Numbered from the stretch's first letter, positions 18,191 to 29,202 are shown. The stretch: DNA of 64,000 nt from Candidatus Niyogibacteria bacterium (GCA_016214345.1 JACROR010000009.1:66447-130446); one strand, 5' to 3'. Numbers and translations are program-made. The notes: generated by a model from the letters alone, not told the origin.

Positions 18191-19855
18191 TCCTAAAACT
18201 CGGCGCATTTCTTCAACACTGGTTTTGCCATCTAAAATTTTTAATGCCGCGTCTTGTTCCATGGTCAGCATATTTTGATGTTTGGCCAATTTTTTGTATT
18301 CGGATTCTGGCGGATTTTCAAGGATAAGACGCTGCGCTTCGTCGTCAATACTAAATGCTTCATATACTCCGATCCTCCCTTTATAGCCCATATTGTTACA
18401 AGCGTCGCATCCTTTTGCTTTCCAAAGTTCAAGTTTATCCAAAGGGGGTTTTTTAATCGTTTCCGGAAGTTCGGCTAACTTTTTTTTCAAAAATTCTATT
18501 TCTTCGGCGGTGGCCTTTTCCTTCTTTTTACATTTTTCGCATAAAACTCTCAATAGCCGCTGCGCCATGGATACGCTTACGGCCGGACCAATAGTGTTGG
18601 GAGTCGCGCCCAGATCAATCAATCTTGGTACTGTGCCAAAAGCATTGTTGGTATGAAGCGTGGAAAAAACCAGATGCCCCGTGAGCGCGGCGTTTAACGC
18701 GGTTTTGGCCGTTGCCAAATCTCTTATTTCGCCCACCAATATAACATCCGGGTCTTGTCTTAGAACCGCTCGCAGAGCATCCGCGAAATCATAATTCTTG
18801 CTAAGATCTATTTGCGATTGATTTATGCCCGCGATATGGTATTCCACGGGGTTTTCTATGGTGATAATTTTTATCTCCGGAGAAAGGATTTTTTTTATAA
18901 AAGCGTAAAGCGTGGTAGTTTTTCCCGATCCGGTAGGTCCGGTGGTAAGGATCATGCCGTTTGGTTTATTTATCGCTTTTTCTATGATTTTGCGCAGGCT
19001 TTCGTGCATGCCCAGATTTTCAAATGAAACATCGATGGCTTTTGGATGAAGCACTCTTAGCACTATGGATTCTCCGTAAGCTCCCGGAAGGCTTGAAGCG
19101 CGCACTTCCACGTCCGTATCATTTATGCGTATGGTGAAGCGTCCGTCTTGCGGGCGGTCGGCGACATTTAACTTCATTTCTCCTATAAGTTTAATGCGGG
19201 ATAAGAGCAGCTTGTAGACGCTGTCGGGGAAATTTATAATGTCATTTAATACGCCGTCCAGGCGAAATCTTAGTTTGGCTTCATTTTCTTGCGGCTCAAT
19301 ATGAATATCGGACGCTTCCAAGGCGTATGCTCCGGCTAAAATCGCTTCCACCATGCTGGATGCCGTGCGAAGTTGCCGCGCGGAGATGATCGGAGCCAAC
19401 AATTCTTTAAAATTATTTATATTGGTTATTTTGGCGATATATCCCGCCAAATGCTCTTTGGAAATACTGATGAGTCCGGCCGCAACCTCTTCAAATTCCG
19501 GAACTTCGCTATAGCGGCTCCAGGCCCGCTGTAAGCTGGTTTCGGAAACCATAAAAATGGTAAGTTCGTATGCCTCGTCTTTCAGGCGAGTTGTGATTTG
19601 TAGGGTTTGCGGCAATTCCGGATTGCGTACGGCAACGCTTATTTTTTTCCCCACTTTTTGGAAAATCGCGATTTCTCCTTCGCGCGCTTCTTTTTCGGGT
19701 AAAATTTTTAAAGCATCCAGCTCTATATTGATCCTGGAAAGATCCAGATAGGGCAGTTTATATTTTTGAGACAATATTTGGGCGAGGTCTTCGGCCTCTT
19801 TTTTTTTGATGCTTTCTATGCGTTCTTCCTGATTTTTTTCGTTAAACTCCGACAT
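18185..19855 (-). CDS. pilB: Type IV pilus assembly ATPase PilB/GspE family
   Basis: Walker [11 protein letters not shown], GspE_N domain, C-terminal Zn-binding CxxC...CxxC. Confidence 0.85.
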   Translation of the reverse strand: MSEFNEKNQEERIESIKKKEAEDLAQILSQKYKLPYLDLSRINIELDALKILPEKEAREGEIAIFQKVGKKISVAVRNPELPQTLQITTRLKDEAYELTIFMVSETSLQRAWSRYSEVPEFEEVAAGLISISKEHLAGYIAKITNINNFKELLAPIISARQLRTASSMVEAILAGAYALEASDIHIEPQENEAKLRFRLDGVLNDIINFPDSVYKLLLSRIKLIGEMKLNVADRPQDGRFTIRINDTDVEVRASSLPGAYGESIVLRVLHPKAIDVSFENLGMHESLRKIIEKAINKPNGMILTTGPTGSGKTTTLYAFIKKILSPEIKIITIENPVEYHIAGINQSQIDLSKNYDFADALRAVLRQDPDVILVGEIRDLATAKTALNAALTGHLVFSTLHTNNAFGTVPRLIDLGATPNTIGPAVSVSMAQRLLRVLCEKCKKKEKATAEEIEFLKKKLAELPETIKKPPLDKLELWKAKGCDACNNMGYKGRIGVYEAFSIDDEAQRLILENPPESEYKKLAKHQNMLTMEQDAALKILDGKTSVEEMRRVLGE

Positions 19856-19869
19856 TCTTCCATGGTAGC

Positions 19870-20955
19870 TTAAAGGGTTGCTTGAAGCAATTGGCGAAGT
19901 TTTCTTTCCGCTTCGGTAAAATTGCCGTAGTCCGGCAAGGGAAGCATATTGTCTTTTGAGATTTTATCCAGCTTGGCGGAAAGGGCGGATAGTATTTTTT
20001 CTTGTTCGGAAAACAGCAATCCTTTTACCGCGCCACCCTTCTCTTTCCAGAGAAATAAATGGCAGTTTTGTTCCGGGGAGATCTTCAAGAATGAGTTAAA
20101 CAACGCGATAAATAAATTTTGTGAAGGAGGCGTGCGGGTTTTTTCAAAATCTTGTTCGGTTAAAAATGTCCATGAAGTTCCGGTATTTTTATCCACATGC
20201 GTTCGGGCGAGCGCCCTTCCCAAGAGTTGCCGGTCAGGAGTTTCCGTGAATTGTATTTTTTTTATCTGGTCGCGATCCGCTCCGTATTCCATCAGTTGAC
20301 TGGCCAGGCTTAAGGCGTCTTTGGATGCGCGTTCCAAAAAATTATTGGTTTCCAAGACCAAGCAGGCGAAAAGCAGAGTAGCCACGGTTTTGTTTTGAAA
20401 TATTTTTTCATCCAAAGTTTTTATGATCTCCGCGACTTTTTCGGCCATCAGGCGTCCTTGCGGCGAGATCGTGGCGATAAATTCTTCTGCCGGCAAGTCA
20501 TAGCGCTCTTTAAGGCGGTCTAGATTATTTTCATCGGAGAAAAAGCAAAATGCCGATTCAATTTTAGGGGGAGCATTTTCTATGATTATTTCGTTCGTAT
20601 TGATCTGTCCGGAAGCCGGAGTTATTAAAAAATTTAAAAACCTATCGTTTTCATCGTAACTCACCTCGGCAATTTTATTTTTTTTCGGAATTTTTATTTT
20701 AAGAACTTGCGGCGCGGCTTGTGTTGGCGGCGTTTTTCGCGCGAGCGCCTCCTCCCATTTTACAAAAAGTCCGTTGGCATCTCCGTCATCCGTAATGTTT
20801 TTGCCAGCCATAACTAAGCCGGTTTTCAGCGCTTCTTTGGCCAAATATCCGGCTTCTTTTGGTTCGGTTCCCGCGAATATACCGATCTCTTTTTTGGCAA
20901 GCAGGGTTTGTATTTTTTGCAGTACTTCTTTGTTCATTATTCTGATATATAACAC
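19870..20955 (-). CDS. Hypothetical protein, possibly a degenerate DHH/DHHA1 phosphoesterase-like
   Basis: Weak DHH-like motif VATLLFACLVLETNNF and KGGAVKGLLFS; no catalytic DHH residues recognised. Confidence 0.3.
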   Translation of the reverse strand: MLYIRIMNKEVLQKIQTLLAKKEIGIFAGTEPKEAGYLAKEALKTGLVMAGKNITDDGDANGLFVKWEEALARKTPPTQAAPQVLKIKIPKKNKIAEVSYDENDRFLNFLITPASGQINTNEIIIENAPPKIESAFCFFSDENNLDRLKERYDLPAEEFIATISPQGRLMAEKVAEIIKTLDEKIFQNKTVATLLFACLVLETNNFLERASKDALSLASQLMEYGADRDQIKKIQFTETPDRQLLGRALARTHVDKNTGTSWTFLTEQDFEKTRTPPSQNLFIALFNSFLKISPEQNCHLFLWKEKGGAVKGLLFSEQEKILSALSAKLDKISKDNMLPLPDYGNFTEAERKLRQLLQATL

Positions 20956-21157
20956 CGATAGCCGAAGATTTCAATCTAGGCTTTAGTCCGCCGACTGGCG
21001 AATAGTTTATAGTTTTTAGAAAAATGTGCGTCACCGAGTCACGCACATTTTGCATACATAACTAAGTTGGAAGTCCGGCTTCCAAGCGTTTCAGGCGCTT
21101 ATTTTGATAGACGCCTTTTTGCTTTCTAGGGCTTGGCAAAAGTGATACCATGATGCT

Positions 21158-21607
21158 ATGGAATCTTTGAAGGTCGTTACTCATAGCGCGAAAGAAACCC
21201 AAAAATTAGGAATGCTTTTGGCTAAGGAATGTTTTAAAATTAAACAAGGCAGGCATGCTTTAGTTATCGGTTTGGAGGGAGATTTGGGTGGCGGCAAGAC
21301 CACGTTTATGCAGGGGTTTGCCCGCGGCTTGGGAATCAAAGAGAATATTACCAGCCCCACTTTTGTTTTACTTAAAATGTTTAAATTGGCGCGGAAAAAT
21401 TTTAGACGTTTGGCGCACATTGACGCTTATCGCCTGAAATCCGCGCGCGGATTGAAGCTTCTGGGGTGGGACGAACTTCTGTCAGACCCCGCCAATATAA
21501 TAGTCGTGGAGTGGGCGGACAAAGTCAGGGCTTTTATGCCGAAAGATCGCGTGCGGATCACCTTTGATTATGGTGATAAAAATGAAAGGAAAATAAATGT
21601 CAGTTAA
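21158..21607 (+). CDS. tsaE: tRNA t6A37 biosynthesis ATPase TsaE (YjeE)
   Basis: GDLGGGKTTFMQGFARGLGI...SPTFVL. Confidence 0.8.
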   Translation: MESLKVVTHSAKETQKLGMLLAKECFKIKQGRHALVIGLEGDLGGGKTTFMQGFARGLGIKENITSPTFVLLKMFKLARKNFRRLAHIDAYRLKSARGLKLLGWDELLSDPANIIVVEWADKVRAFMPKDRVRITFDYGDKNERKINVS

Positions 21608-23954
21608 GACCAACGTAAAAAATAAAAATACGGAACGGATATTGGTGCTTTTGGACGCGCACGCTATTTTACATCGCGCCTTCCATGCTTTGCCGTCTTT
21701 TACTTCTCCGCAGGGGGCGCCCACAGGCGCGCTTTACGGTTTTTCATCCATGCTGATCAAGATTATCCGGGAATTAAAACCGGATTTTATAGTGGCCTGT
21801 TATGAGTTGCCGCAGCCAACTTTCCGGCATGTTGTTTACGAGGCTTATAAAGGTAAGCGGCCTAAAATGGACGAGGGTTTGGCCTTGCAAATAAATAGAT
21901 CCAGAGACATTTTGAAGGCGTTTAATATTCCGAGCTATGACGCTCCGGGATTTGAAGCGGACGACATTATAGGCACCATTGCTTTTAAATCCAAAAAAGA
22001 AAAAAATCTCAAAGTGATCATCGCTTCAGGCGATTTAGACACGCTTCAATTGGTATCGGGCAGCAAGGTTACGGTTTATACTCTTAAAAAAGGCATCCAA
22101 GACACAATTATTTATGATGAGGCCGGAGTAAAAGAGCGTTTTGGTTTTGTTCCGGCGTTATTGCCGGACTTTAAAGGCCTCAAGGGCGATCCTTCGGACA
22201 ATATTATCGGGGTTCCGGGCATAGGCGATAAGAGCGCGACGGAACTCATTTTAAAATTCGGTTCTTTGGAAAATATTTATAAAAATTTAAAAAAAGACCG
22301 CGCTAAATTTTTAAATCTGGGAATAAAACAGCGCATTGCCGCGCTTTTGGAAGAGCATGAAGATGACGCGCTGTTCAGCAAGGAATTGGCCACGATTCGT
22401 TTGGACGCACCCGTGATCTTTCATATAAAAGATACGGAATGGAGCAAGAATTACGATCGCGCAAAAGCGGAAAAATTATTCAGGGAATTGGGTTTTGCGA
22501 GCTTGCTTTCCCGTTTGCCCGGAGAGGCGGAAAGTCCAAAGATTTCGGTTTCCACGATAAATCCCCAAAAAGAAAAAGAGCTCTCGGTGGCTTTTTGGTT
22601 GCTGGATTCGCGCCACATAAATGCTTCGGCGGAAGACATTTTTAGGGCGGTTAACGCCAAAAATACGGAAGAAGCGGAAGCGGCGCTTAACGGCAAGTTG
22701 GCAAAAGAAGGGCTGATTAATTTTTTTGAAGAAACTGAAATACCCCTGATGAGCATATTGAATGAAATGGAGCGGCGCGGTATTTTAATAGACCGGAAAA
22801 TTTTAATGAGATTTTCCAAAAAATATGAAAAAGAAATAGTGACATTGGAAAAGAGGATTTGCCAGTTGGCGGGTGCCAAGTTTAATGTCGCTTCTCCCAA
22901 ACAGTTGTCGGAAATTTTATACGATAAATTAAAAATTTCCACCAAGGGAATAAGAAAAACCGGAGGCGGAGCGCAATCCACAAGTTTTCCCGAATTAAAA
23001 AAACTTTTACATAGCCATCCTATTATTGAGTTGGTGTTAAAATATCGCGAATTGGCGAAGCTAAAATCAACTTATTTGGACACTTTGCCCGGATTGGCCG
23101 ATAAAGATTCGCGTGTTCATACCACTTATAATCAGGCGGGCACGGCAACGGGTCGCTTTTCTTCGCAAAATCCCAATTTGCAAAATATTCCGGTTAAATC
23201 GGAAACCGGGAAAGAAATTCGCAGGGCATTCATAGCTCCTGCCGGTTGGAAGATGCTTTCCGCGGATTATTCTCAAATTGAGCTTCGTGTCGCGGCCATG
23301 TTGTCTGACGATAAGATCATGAAGAGAGCTTTTTTGGAGGGAAAAGACATTCATGGCGCCACGGCTTCGGCGGTGTTTAATGTTTCGGAAGGTGAGGTGA
23401 CCAAAGAAATGCGCCGGCGCGCCAAGGTTATTAATTTTGGCATTTTGTACGGTATGGGGGCGAGGTCGCTTTCAGAAAATTTAGGAGTTTCATTGGATGA
23501 AGCTAAAAAATATTTGGCGGAATATTTTGAAGATTTTTCCGGAATTAAAAAATACATGGATGATACGAAAAATACGGCAAAGAGTTTGGGTTTTGTCAAA
23601 ACCTTGTTCGGCCGTAAGCGTTATTTTCCCGAATTGCGATCCTTGCCCGAATATCTTCATCATGAATTTTTGCGCATGGCGGTTAACGCTCCGATCCAGG
23701 GTACGGCCGCGGATATCATGAAAATAGCCATGGTGCGAGCGCATCGCGCGCTTCAAAAAGATCCAGAAATGGCGCAAAGCGCGCGTATGATTTTGCAGAT
23801 TCACGATGAACTCATTTTTGAAATTAAAGATGAATTTGTGTTAAAGGCCGCGAAGATCATCAAACAAGAAATGGAGAGCGCGTATCAAGATGAGATTCCG
23901 CTCACGGTGGATATAAAAATCGGTCCTAACTGGGCGGACATGGAAAGAATATGA
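21597..23954 (+). CDS. polA: DNA polymerase I (5'-3' exonuclease + family A polymerase domains)
   Basis: N-terminal FEN-like domain, C-terminal Pol A motifs (DYSQIELR, QIHDELIFE). Confidence 0.9.
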   Translation: MSVKTNVKNKNTERILVLLDAHAILHRAFHALPSFTSPQGAPTGALYGFSSMLIKIIRELKPDFIVACYELPQPTFRHVVYEAYKGKRPKMDEGLALQINRSRDILKAFNIPSYDAPGFEADDIIGTIAFKSKKEKNLKVIIASGDLDTLQLVSGSKVTVYTLKKGIQDTIIYDEAGVKERFGFVPALLPDFKGLKGDPSDNIIGVPGIGDKSATELILKFGSLENIYKNLKKDRAKFLNLGIKQRIAALLEEHEDDALFSKELATIRLDAPVIFHIKDTEWSKNYDRAKAEKLFRELGFASLLSRLPGEAESPKISVSTINPQKEKELSVAFWLLDSRHINASAEDIFRAVNAKNTEEAEAALNGKLAKEGLINFFEETEIPLMSILNEMERRGILIDRKILMRFSKKYEKEIVTLEKRICQLAGAKFNVASPKQLSEILYDKLKISTKGIRKTGGGAQSTSFPELKKLLHSHPIIELVLKYRELAKLKSTYLDTLPGLADKDSRVHTTYNQAGTATGRFSSQNPNLQNIPVKSETGKEIRRAFIAPAGWKMLSADYSQIELRVAAMLSDDKIMKRAFLEGKDIHGATASAVFNVSEGEVTKEMRRRAKVINFGILYGMGARSLSENLGVSLDEAKKYLAEYFEDFSGIKKYMDDTKNTAKSLGFVKTLFGRKRYFPELRSLPEYLHHEFLRMAVNAPIQGTAADIMKIAMVRAHRALQKDPEMAQSARMILQIHDELIFEIKDEFVLKAAKIIKQEMESAYQDEIPLTVDIKIGPNWADMERI

Positions 23955-24856
23955 TTTATTTTCTTTATGGGAAAGATACATATAGAAGCCGCCAAAATTT
24001 AGGAGAGATCGTCCGAGGATTTTTGGGCAAGGGGAACGCTTCGCATCATTTTTTCCGCGTGAATACGGATAATTTTGATCCGGATTTTTTCGGAGAATTG
24101 GCGCGGAGCTCGTCTATGTTCGGCGGAAAATATTTAATTTCTACCGAAAGAATATTGTCAGATCCGGGCATAAAAAAGATCGTATTGGATAATTTGGAAA
24201 GCGTAAGGGATTCGGACAATATTTTTATTTTTTGGGAAGAAGACACGGACAAGGAAACGGCCGATAAAATCGCGCGTTATGCTAAAAAGACGCAAGAGTT
24301 TTTGCCGATCTCCGGCGTTAAATTGAAAAATTGGATCCGGACCGAGGCTGATAAACTTAAATTTAATATTTCGGAGGCCGAGCTCTCGCGCGTCGCGCTT
24401 GAGCACGATTCTGATCTGTGGGCGATACGTAAAGAATTGGAGGCGCTCCCCTTGGGGCATATTTCGGATAAAAAAAATAAATTATCCGCGGACGGCGCGG
24501 GGCCCATGTTTGATTTGACAGACGCGGTTTTGTCGCGGAACCGCGAACAAGCCATAGATCTCTTTGAAAAATATAAAAATAAGGGAGTGCCGGCCGAAGA
24601 AATATTATGGCGTCTTTTGTGGCAGGCGAAGACTTTGTTTACCGTAAAAAAATTAGCCGGCAAATCTCCGGCTACGATAAAAAAAATAACCGGCTTGCAC
24701 GAATATGTAATAAAAAAATCTTTGGATGGCGCCGCGCGTTTTAGGATAGAGGAGTTGGACTCGCTTTTTCGGCGTCTACTTGACGCGCGCAATAAATCCA
24801 ATCCGCTGGCCGGCGGATTGGATTATGGAATTTTTTATTTATTACTTAAGCTTTAG
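23951..24856 (+). CDS. holA: DNA polymerase III delta subunit
   Basis: N-terminus IYFLYGKDTY...; C-terminal FDLTDAVLSRNREQAIDLFEKY. Confidence 0.6.
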   Translation: MIYFLYGKDTYRSRQNLGEIVRGFLGKGNASHHFFRVNTDNFDPDFFGELARSSSMFGGKYLISTERILSDPGIKKIVLDNLESVRDSDNIFIFWEEDTDKETADKIARYAKKTQEFLPISGVKLKNWIRTEADKLKFNISEAELSRVALEHDSDLWAIRKELEALPLGHISDKKNKLSADGAGPMFDLTDAVLSRNREQAIDLFEKYKNKGVPAEEILWRLLWQAKTLFTVKKLAGKSPATIKKITGLHEYVIKKSLDGAARFRIEELDSLFRRLLDARNKSNPLAGGLDYGIFYLLLKL

Positions 24857-25112
24857 CTTTATTTAAAAGCATGGTTAGCCTGGATTTCTTGCGGCTTGCC
24901 GTGTTTTGCTCTATAACTTTTCGTTTAGCGGCCTTGTCTATGGCTTGGTAAGCAACGGGAAGAAGTTTTTTCGCGTCTTCTAACTTATGTTCCGCGATCA
25001 AAGAGCGCACTTCTTTTACGGTGTCTTTCATGGCGGTTTTTCTTTTGGCATTTCTCGCTTGCCGCTTAATGGATTGCCTTAGCGCTTTTTTAGCTGATTC
25101 TATGTTTGGCAT
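24846..25112 (-). CDS. rpsT: 30S ribosomal protein S20
   Basis: MPNIESAKKALRQSIKRQARNAKRK... Confidence 0.9.
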   Translation of the reverse strand: MPNIESAKKALRQSIKRQARNAKRKTAMKDTVKEVRSLIAEHKLEDAKKLLPVAYQAIDKAAKRKVIEQNTASRKKSRLTMLLNKAKA

Positions 25113-25192
25113 ATTTACATAAGTTATATCAGATGACGTAAGGCGTCAAGGTGATAAAAATAAAAGCGGCCCCGTAGGACCGCTTTCGTTTG

Positions 25193-25411
25193 TTATTCGT
25201 GGCGTCCGTAATTTTCGCCGCATTTGCAGCGTTCATCGCAGTTTTCCGAATACACGCGCGTATTCGCGTCTTTTTGTTCCGAGGCTAAAAACGCCACCAG
25301 TTTTGGCAGGTACAGCCATACACCCGATACGAACATTTTTCCATGATGCGCGCATATTTTAACTATCCATATGCCTTCGTTCTTGAACGTTGTCCTTTCT
25401 CCGTCTGCCAT
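25193..25411 (-). CDS. Small hypothetical protein (72 aa)
   Basis: Strong SD AAGGAGG upstream; own intrinsic terminator at 25133-25170 (minus strand). Confidence 0.45.
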   Translation of the reverse strand: MADGERTTFKNEGIWIVKICAHHGKMFVSGVWLYLPKLVAFLASEQKDANTRVYSENCDERCKCGENYGRHE

Positions 25412-25511
25412 AATTTCCTCCTTGATGAATTAAGGTGCTTCACGTTGTTTATTTATTTAATACATCATTTTGTTTGCAAAGTCAACGGTATGGTATAATG
25501 AGTTAAATTAT

Positions 25512-26099
25512 ATGATTGGGACACTCAGAGGAAAAGTTATATTTGGTGGAGAAAAATACGTTATTTTGGACGTAGCCGGGGTAGGTTACAAGGTATATGC
25601 CCCGCCCTTTACCATTAAAGCGGCCGCGGCAAAACAAGGGAAAAAAGGCGAAGACACGGTGTTTTGGACGCATCTTTGCGTGCGTGAAAACGCGATAGAT
25701 CTTTACGGGTTTACCGAGAAGGCGGAGGTGGAATTTTTTGAAGCCCTGATCGCTATTTCCGGGATAGGTCCGAAATCGGCGATGGGCGTGATGAGCGTGG
25801 CTCCGTTGGATACTTTAAAAATGGCTATTGCTTCCGGTGAAACCTCGTATCTTTCTAAAGTTTCCGGCGTTGGCAAAAAAACCGCGGAGAAGATCATCGT
25901 GGAGCTGAAGGATAAATTTGGCAGAGGATCGGGCGCGGCGTCTGAAATATTGGGAGGTGACGGAGACGTCATTGGAGCTCTGGAGTCCATGGGTTATTCT
26001 TTGAAAGAAATACGCGAAGCCCTGCAAGAGGTGGGGGCGGACGCTAAGAGCGTGGAACAAAGGATCAAGGCGGCATTAAAAGTCTTAGGTAAACAATAA
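25512..26099 (+). CDS. ruvA: Holliday junction helicase subunit RuvA
   Basis: Begins MIGTLRGKV... and has an HhH domain. An extended -10 promoter TGGTATAAT lies at 25491-25499, so the ORF-track start at 25470 is too early. Confidence 0.85.
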   Translation: MIGTLRGKVIFGGEKYVILDVAGVGYKVYAPPFTIKAAAAKQGKKGEDTVFWTHLCVRENAIDLYGFTEKAEVEFFEALIAISGIGPKSAMGVMSVAPLDTLKMAIASGETSYLSKVSGVGKKTAEKIIVELKDKFGRGSGAASEILGGDGDVIGALESMGYSLKEIREALQEVGADAKSVEQRIKAALKVLGKQ

Positions 26100-26100
26100 T

Positions 26101-26595
26101 ATGACTTGGTTTCAATTAATGATCGACTCTGACGCCGTAGAGGTCGTTCCCAAACATAAAAAGAAAGTAAAAAAAGATTTTTCCATTAAAAAAGAGATGA
26201 CCAAGGCGCTTTTTCAGGAAATGCTGGATGTGTTGTTCTTTTTTCTCGGGATCTTCACTTATTTTTATTTTTTTTCGCTAGCTTGGCTTTATTTTGGCAA
26301 ATCATGGGATGAACATAAATTGTTGGCGTTTTTCGTGAACGCGCTTTCCGAGCCTTATTTGGGCGCGGTGGCTATGTATACCATTTTAAAGGAATATCGC
26401 AAAAAAAGCGGGCGCTTGGAGCACCTGCATAAGGGAGAATTTTTTGTGGCCTGTTGGGCGGTATTTTTGGTTTTGGCTCTTTTATTTACCATTTTTTCGG
26501 ATCAGTATGTAATAGGGCTTCCGCTTAAGATTATAATGACCAATAGCGTGACTGTCGTGCTTATATATGTAGGCAGTATCGTACATAAGCCTTAG
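26101..26595 (+). CDS. Integral membrane protein, hypothetical
   Basis: 164 aa, 4 predicted TM helices. Confidence 0.4.
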   Translation: MTWFQLMIDSDAVEVVPKHKKKVKKDFSIKKEMTKALFQEMLDVLFFFLGIFTYFYFFSLAWLYFGKSWDEHKLLAFFVNALSEPYLGAVAMYTILKEYRKKSGRLEHLHKGEFFVACWAVFLVLALLFTIFSDQYVIGLPLKIIMTNSVTVVLIYVGSIVHKP

Positions 26596-26680
26596 TTAGC
26601 GAAAAGTTAAAAACGAAAAACTAAAAACATTTTTTATTTTTCGCTTTTCATTTTTCATTTTTAGTTTTACGCTGGTATTT

Positions 26681-28048
26681 ATGTTGGAAGACATTTTAAG
26701 AATGGGGAGGAGGTTGATTCCCGGGCGTTTATTTAGCGCGCTTCAGCCGTTTTACCATTGGTTTTTAGGGGTCATGGGCGCGTTTTGGTATGGGTTTCCC
26801 TCGCGGGACATGACGGTTATAGGAGTGACCGGCACCAATGGTAAATCTACGGTGGTTAATTTAATTGACGCGATCTTATGCGAATCCGGAATAAAAACGG
26901 CTTCGGTGTCTTCCATCCGTTTTAAAATAGGAGAGCGTGAATGGCCCAATGAATTAAAAATGACCATGCCCGGGCGCGCGGCTTTACAAAAATTTTTAGC
27001 CCAAGCCAAAAAAGAAAAAGCCACGCATGCCGTTATTGAAGTTACTTCCGAGGGCATAAGGCAATTCCGCCATAAAAATATCAACTGGGAAATTTTGGTC
27101 TTTACCAATATTACACCCGAACATATAGAATCCCATGGCGGCTTTGACGCGTATCGCGCCGCGAAATTAAAATTATTTCAAATGCCGCACCAGTGGAGCG
27201 TAATAAACGCGGATGATCCGAGTGCGGAATTATTTTTTGAAAAATCAATTGCGCCGGCCAAGATAGGTTACGGGATAAAATCTTTTGAAGCCGGTCATAA
27301 AAATAAATTAAAATCCAAGGTTTCGCGATGGGTTGAGGCGTCGGATGTAAAATTGGAAGCCCAACATATTGAATTTAGGGCGGAAAAAGAAAAATTTCTT
27401 TTGCCGCTGGTTGGAGAATTTAATGTTTATAATGCTTTGGTGGCGCTTAGCGTGGCAAAAGCGCTGAATATTTCCGCGGATAAAATAAAACAAGCATTCG
27501 TTAATTTTAAAGCCGTGCCCGGCAGAATGGAATTTATCAATGAAGATCAACCGTTTGGGGTAGTAGTGGATTACGCGCACACTCCGGACTCTTTGGAAAA
27601 AGTATACAAAACGTTAAGAGAAATTGCTCCGTCTTCGGTCGCGCGACCAGCTAAAATGATCTGCGTTTTGGGTTCCGCGGGAGGAGGCAGAGATAAATGG
27701 AAAAGAAATAAGTTTGGCATGATAGCGGCGCAAAATTGCGATACCGTGATCTTGACCAATGAAGACCCTTATGATGAAGATCCGCAAACCATTCTAAATG
27801 AAATAGAAGATGGCTTTCTCCAGGCCATGAGATCGCTTAGTAAAACAGCGCATTTTTATAAGATTTTGGACAGAGGCGAGGCCATTAAAAAAGCTATTTT
27901 TTCAGCGGGAGCCGCGGATACGGTGATCATCACCGGCAAAGGCTCGGAATCCGTAATTATGGGGACGCGAGGATCGCGTATTCCATGGGACGACAGGCGT
28001 GAAGCGCGAAAGGCGCTTTCCGAATTGAGGCAAAGAGAGATTAAATGA
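26681..28048 (+). CDS. murE: UDP-N-acetylmuramoyl-tripeptide ligase (Mur ligase; MurE-like)
   Basis: VIGVTGTNGKST, DYAHTPDSLEKV, NEDPYDEDP (DNPR-like). Confidence 0.7.
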   Translation: MLEDILRMGRRLIPGRLFSALQPFYHWFLGVMGAFWYGFPSRDMTVIGVTGTNGKSTVVNLIDAILCESGIKTASVSSIRFKIGEREWPNELKMTMPGRAALQKFLAQAKKEKATHAVIEVTSEGIRQFRHKNINWEILVFTNITPEHIESHGGFDAYRAAKLKLFQMPHQWSVINADDPSAELFFEKSIAPAKIGYGIKSFEAGHKNKLKSKVSRWVEASDVKLEAQHIEFRAEKEKFLLPLVGEFNVYNALVALSVAKALNISADKIKQAFVNFKAVPGRMEFINEDQPFGVVVDYAHTPDSLEKVYKTLREIAPSSVARPAKMICVLGSAGGGRDKWKRNKFGMIAAQNCDTVILTNEDPYDEDPQTILNEIEDGFLQAMRSLSKTAHFYKILDRGEAIKKAIFSAGAADTVIITGKGSESVIMGTRGSRIPWDDRREARKALSELRQREIK

Positions 28049-28555
28049 TCAGATAGACCCGGTCATTATTTCAAATTCTTTCGCGAATTTATTTCCGTAC
28101 CCCTCCACTCGGAGTTCTATTTTATATTTTCCAGGTACGGAAAAAATAGCGCCCTGCCAGGGCAGATAAGAAGCCCCCCTAAGTTCGTATGGTCGTATGA
28201 TAATATCTTCGGTCGATCTGCAGGGGTTTTTTGTTTGGCCCTTGATGCGTATCCACACATCTTTTTCCAGGCGATAAATATCCAGTGGTTCTTTGGGGCA
28301 TTCATTTTCTATGCGCAGAGTTTGATTGGTTTTGTTCAATACTCCGAAAAATATTTCTTCGCCCAAAACATATTGATTTTTGGAAAAAATTATCTCTAGC
28401 GCGTTGTCGGGAAGGCTTGGACGTATTATTTTGTACAGATAAGAATCATGGTTCGCGCCCTCTTTAGCGAAAAGCACGGCCGCAACCGCGATCAAAGCGA
28501 CCAAAACGATCCATATTATTATTGTTTTATATTTCCTATTTTTTTTGTTTAGCAT
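28049..28555 (-). CDS. Secreted/membrane-anchored hypothetical protein
   Basis: N-terminal TM IIIWIVLVALIAVAAVLFA. Confidence 0.4.
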   Translation of the reverse strand: MLNKKNRKYKTIIIWIVLVALIAVAAVLFAKEGANHDSYLYKIIRPSLPDNALEIIFSKNQYVLGEEIFFGVLNKTNQTLRIENECPKEPLDIYRLEKDVWIRIKGQTKNPCRSTEDIIIRPYELRGASYLPWQGAIFSVPGKYKIELRVEGYGNKFAKEFEIMTGSI

Positions 28556-28557
28556 GT

Positions 28558-29202
28558 TTAAGCGCGGCGTTTAAAAGATAAATAGATTCTATATGTGCTT
28601 AGCATTGCTACCAGCAAGCCCGTTATCCAGTAAAGCCATAACATAAAAGGTATAGAGCTGTCCGTTCCTATCAGAATGCCGTGCAGAAATATAAATACGA
28701 AGATAGGATATGGCAGATAATGCAGCAATCTCCATAAAATGTATGGATTCATGAATAAAAATATTGAACTGAAAATAACCGCTACAAACATATAAAAACC
28801 TATGATGCCCAACGCGACATATAAATTTTTATAATTTGACGCGAATGGCACTAATATTTCATAAAGGCTGAATTTGAGAAAAGGATCCAGCCAAAGCGAG
28901 ATTAAGTGTATGGCTATCGCCGTAGCGGTGGCAATACCCAGATATTTGTGTATGATCCATGCTTGCACGGGGTCTATGAATTTATAAATAAGGCCGGTTT
29001 TAATGCCCAGGCCGGACATGGTCAGGATAAAAAGCAGAATATATCCCACGATGCCCGCGGCTCTGGTAGCGATCCAGGCCCAAGGTAATGATGGGGCGAT
29101 CGGCGCGGGATTCCCGTTCGCGGCGTTAAGCATAAAAGGCGCCGCCCAAAAAATGGTGTTAAAAATAAAAACTATAATGATATTTTGGTTGTTTTTATTC
29201 AT
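28558..29202 (-). CDS. Ferric-reductase-like transmembrane domain protein (haem-binding 6-TM, MsrQ/FRD-like)
   Basis: Multi-TM protein with conserved His in TM helices (IIHKYLG, AIHLISLWLD). Confidence 0.5.
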   Translation of the reverse strand: MNKNNQNIIIVFIFNTIFWAAPFMLNAANGNPAPIAPSLPWAWIATRAAGIVGYILLFILTMSGLGIKTGLIYKFIDPVQAWIIHKYLGIATATAIAIHLISLWLDPFLKFSLYEILVPFASNYKNLYVALGIIGFYMFVAVIFSSIFLFMNPYILWRLLHYLPYPIFVFIFLHGILIGTDSSIPFMLWLYWITGLLVAMLSTYRIYLSFKRRA

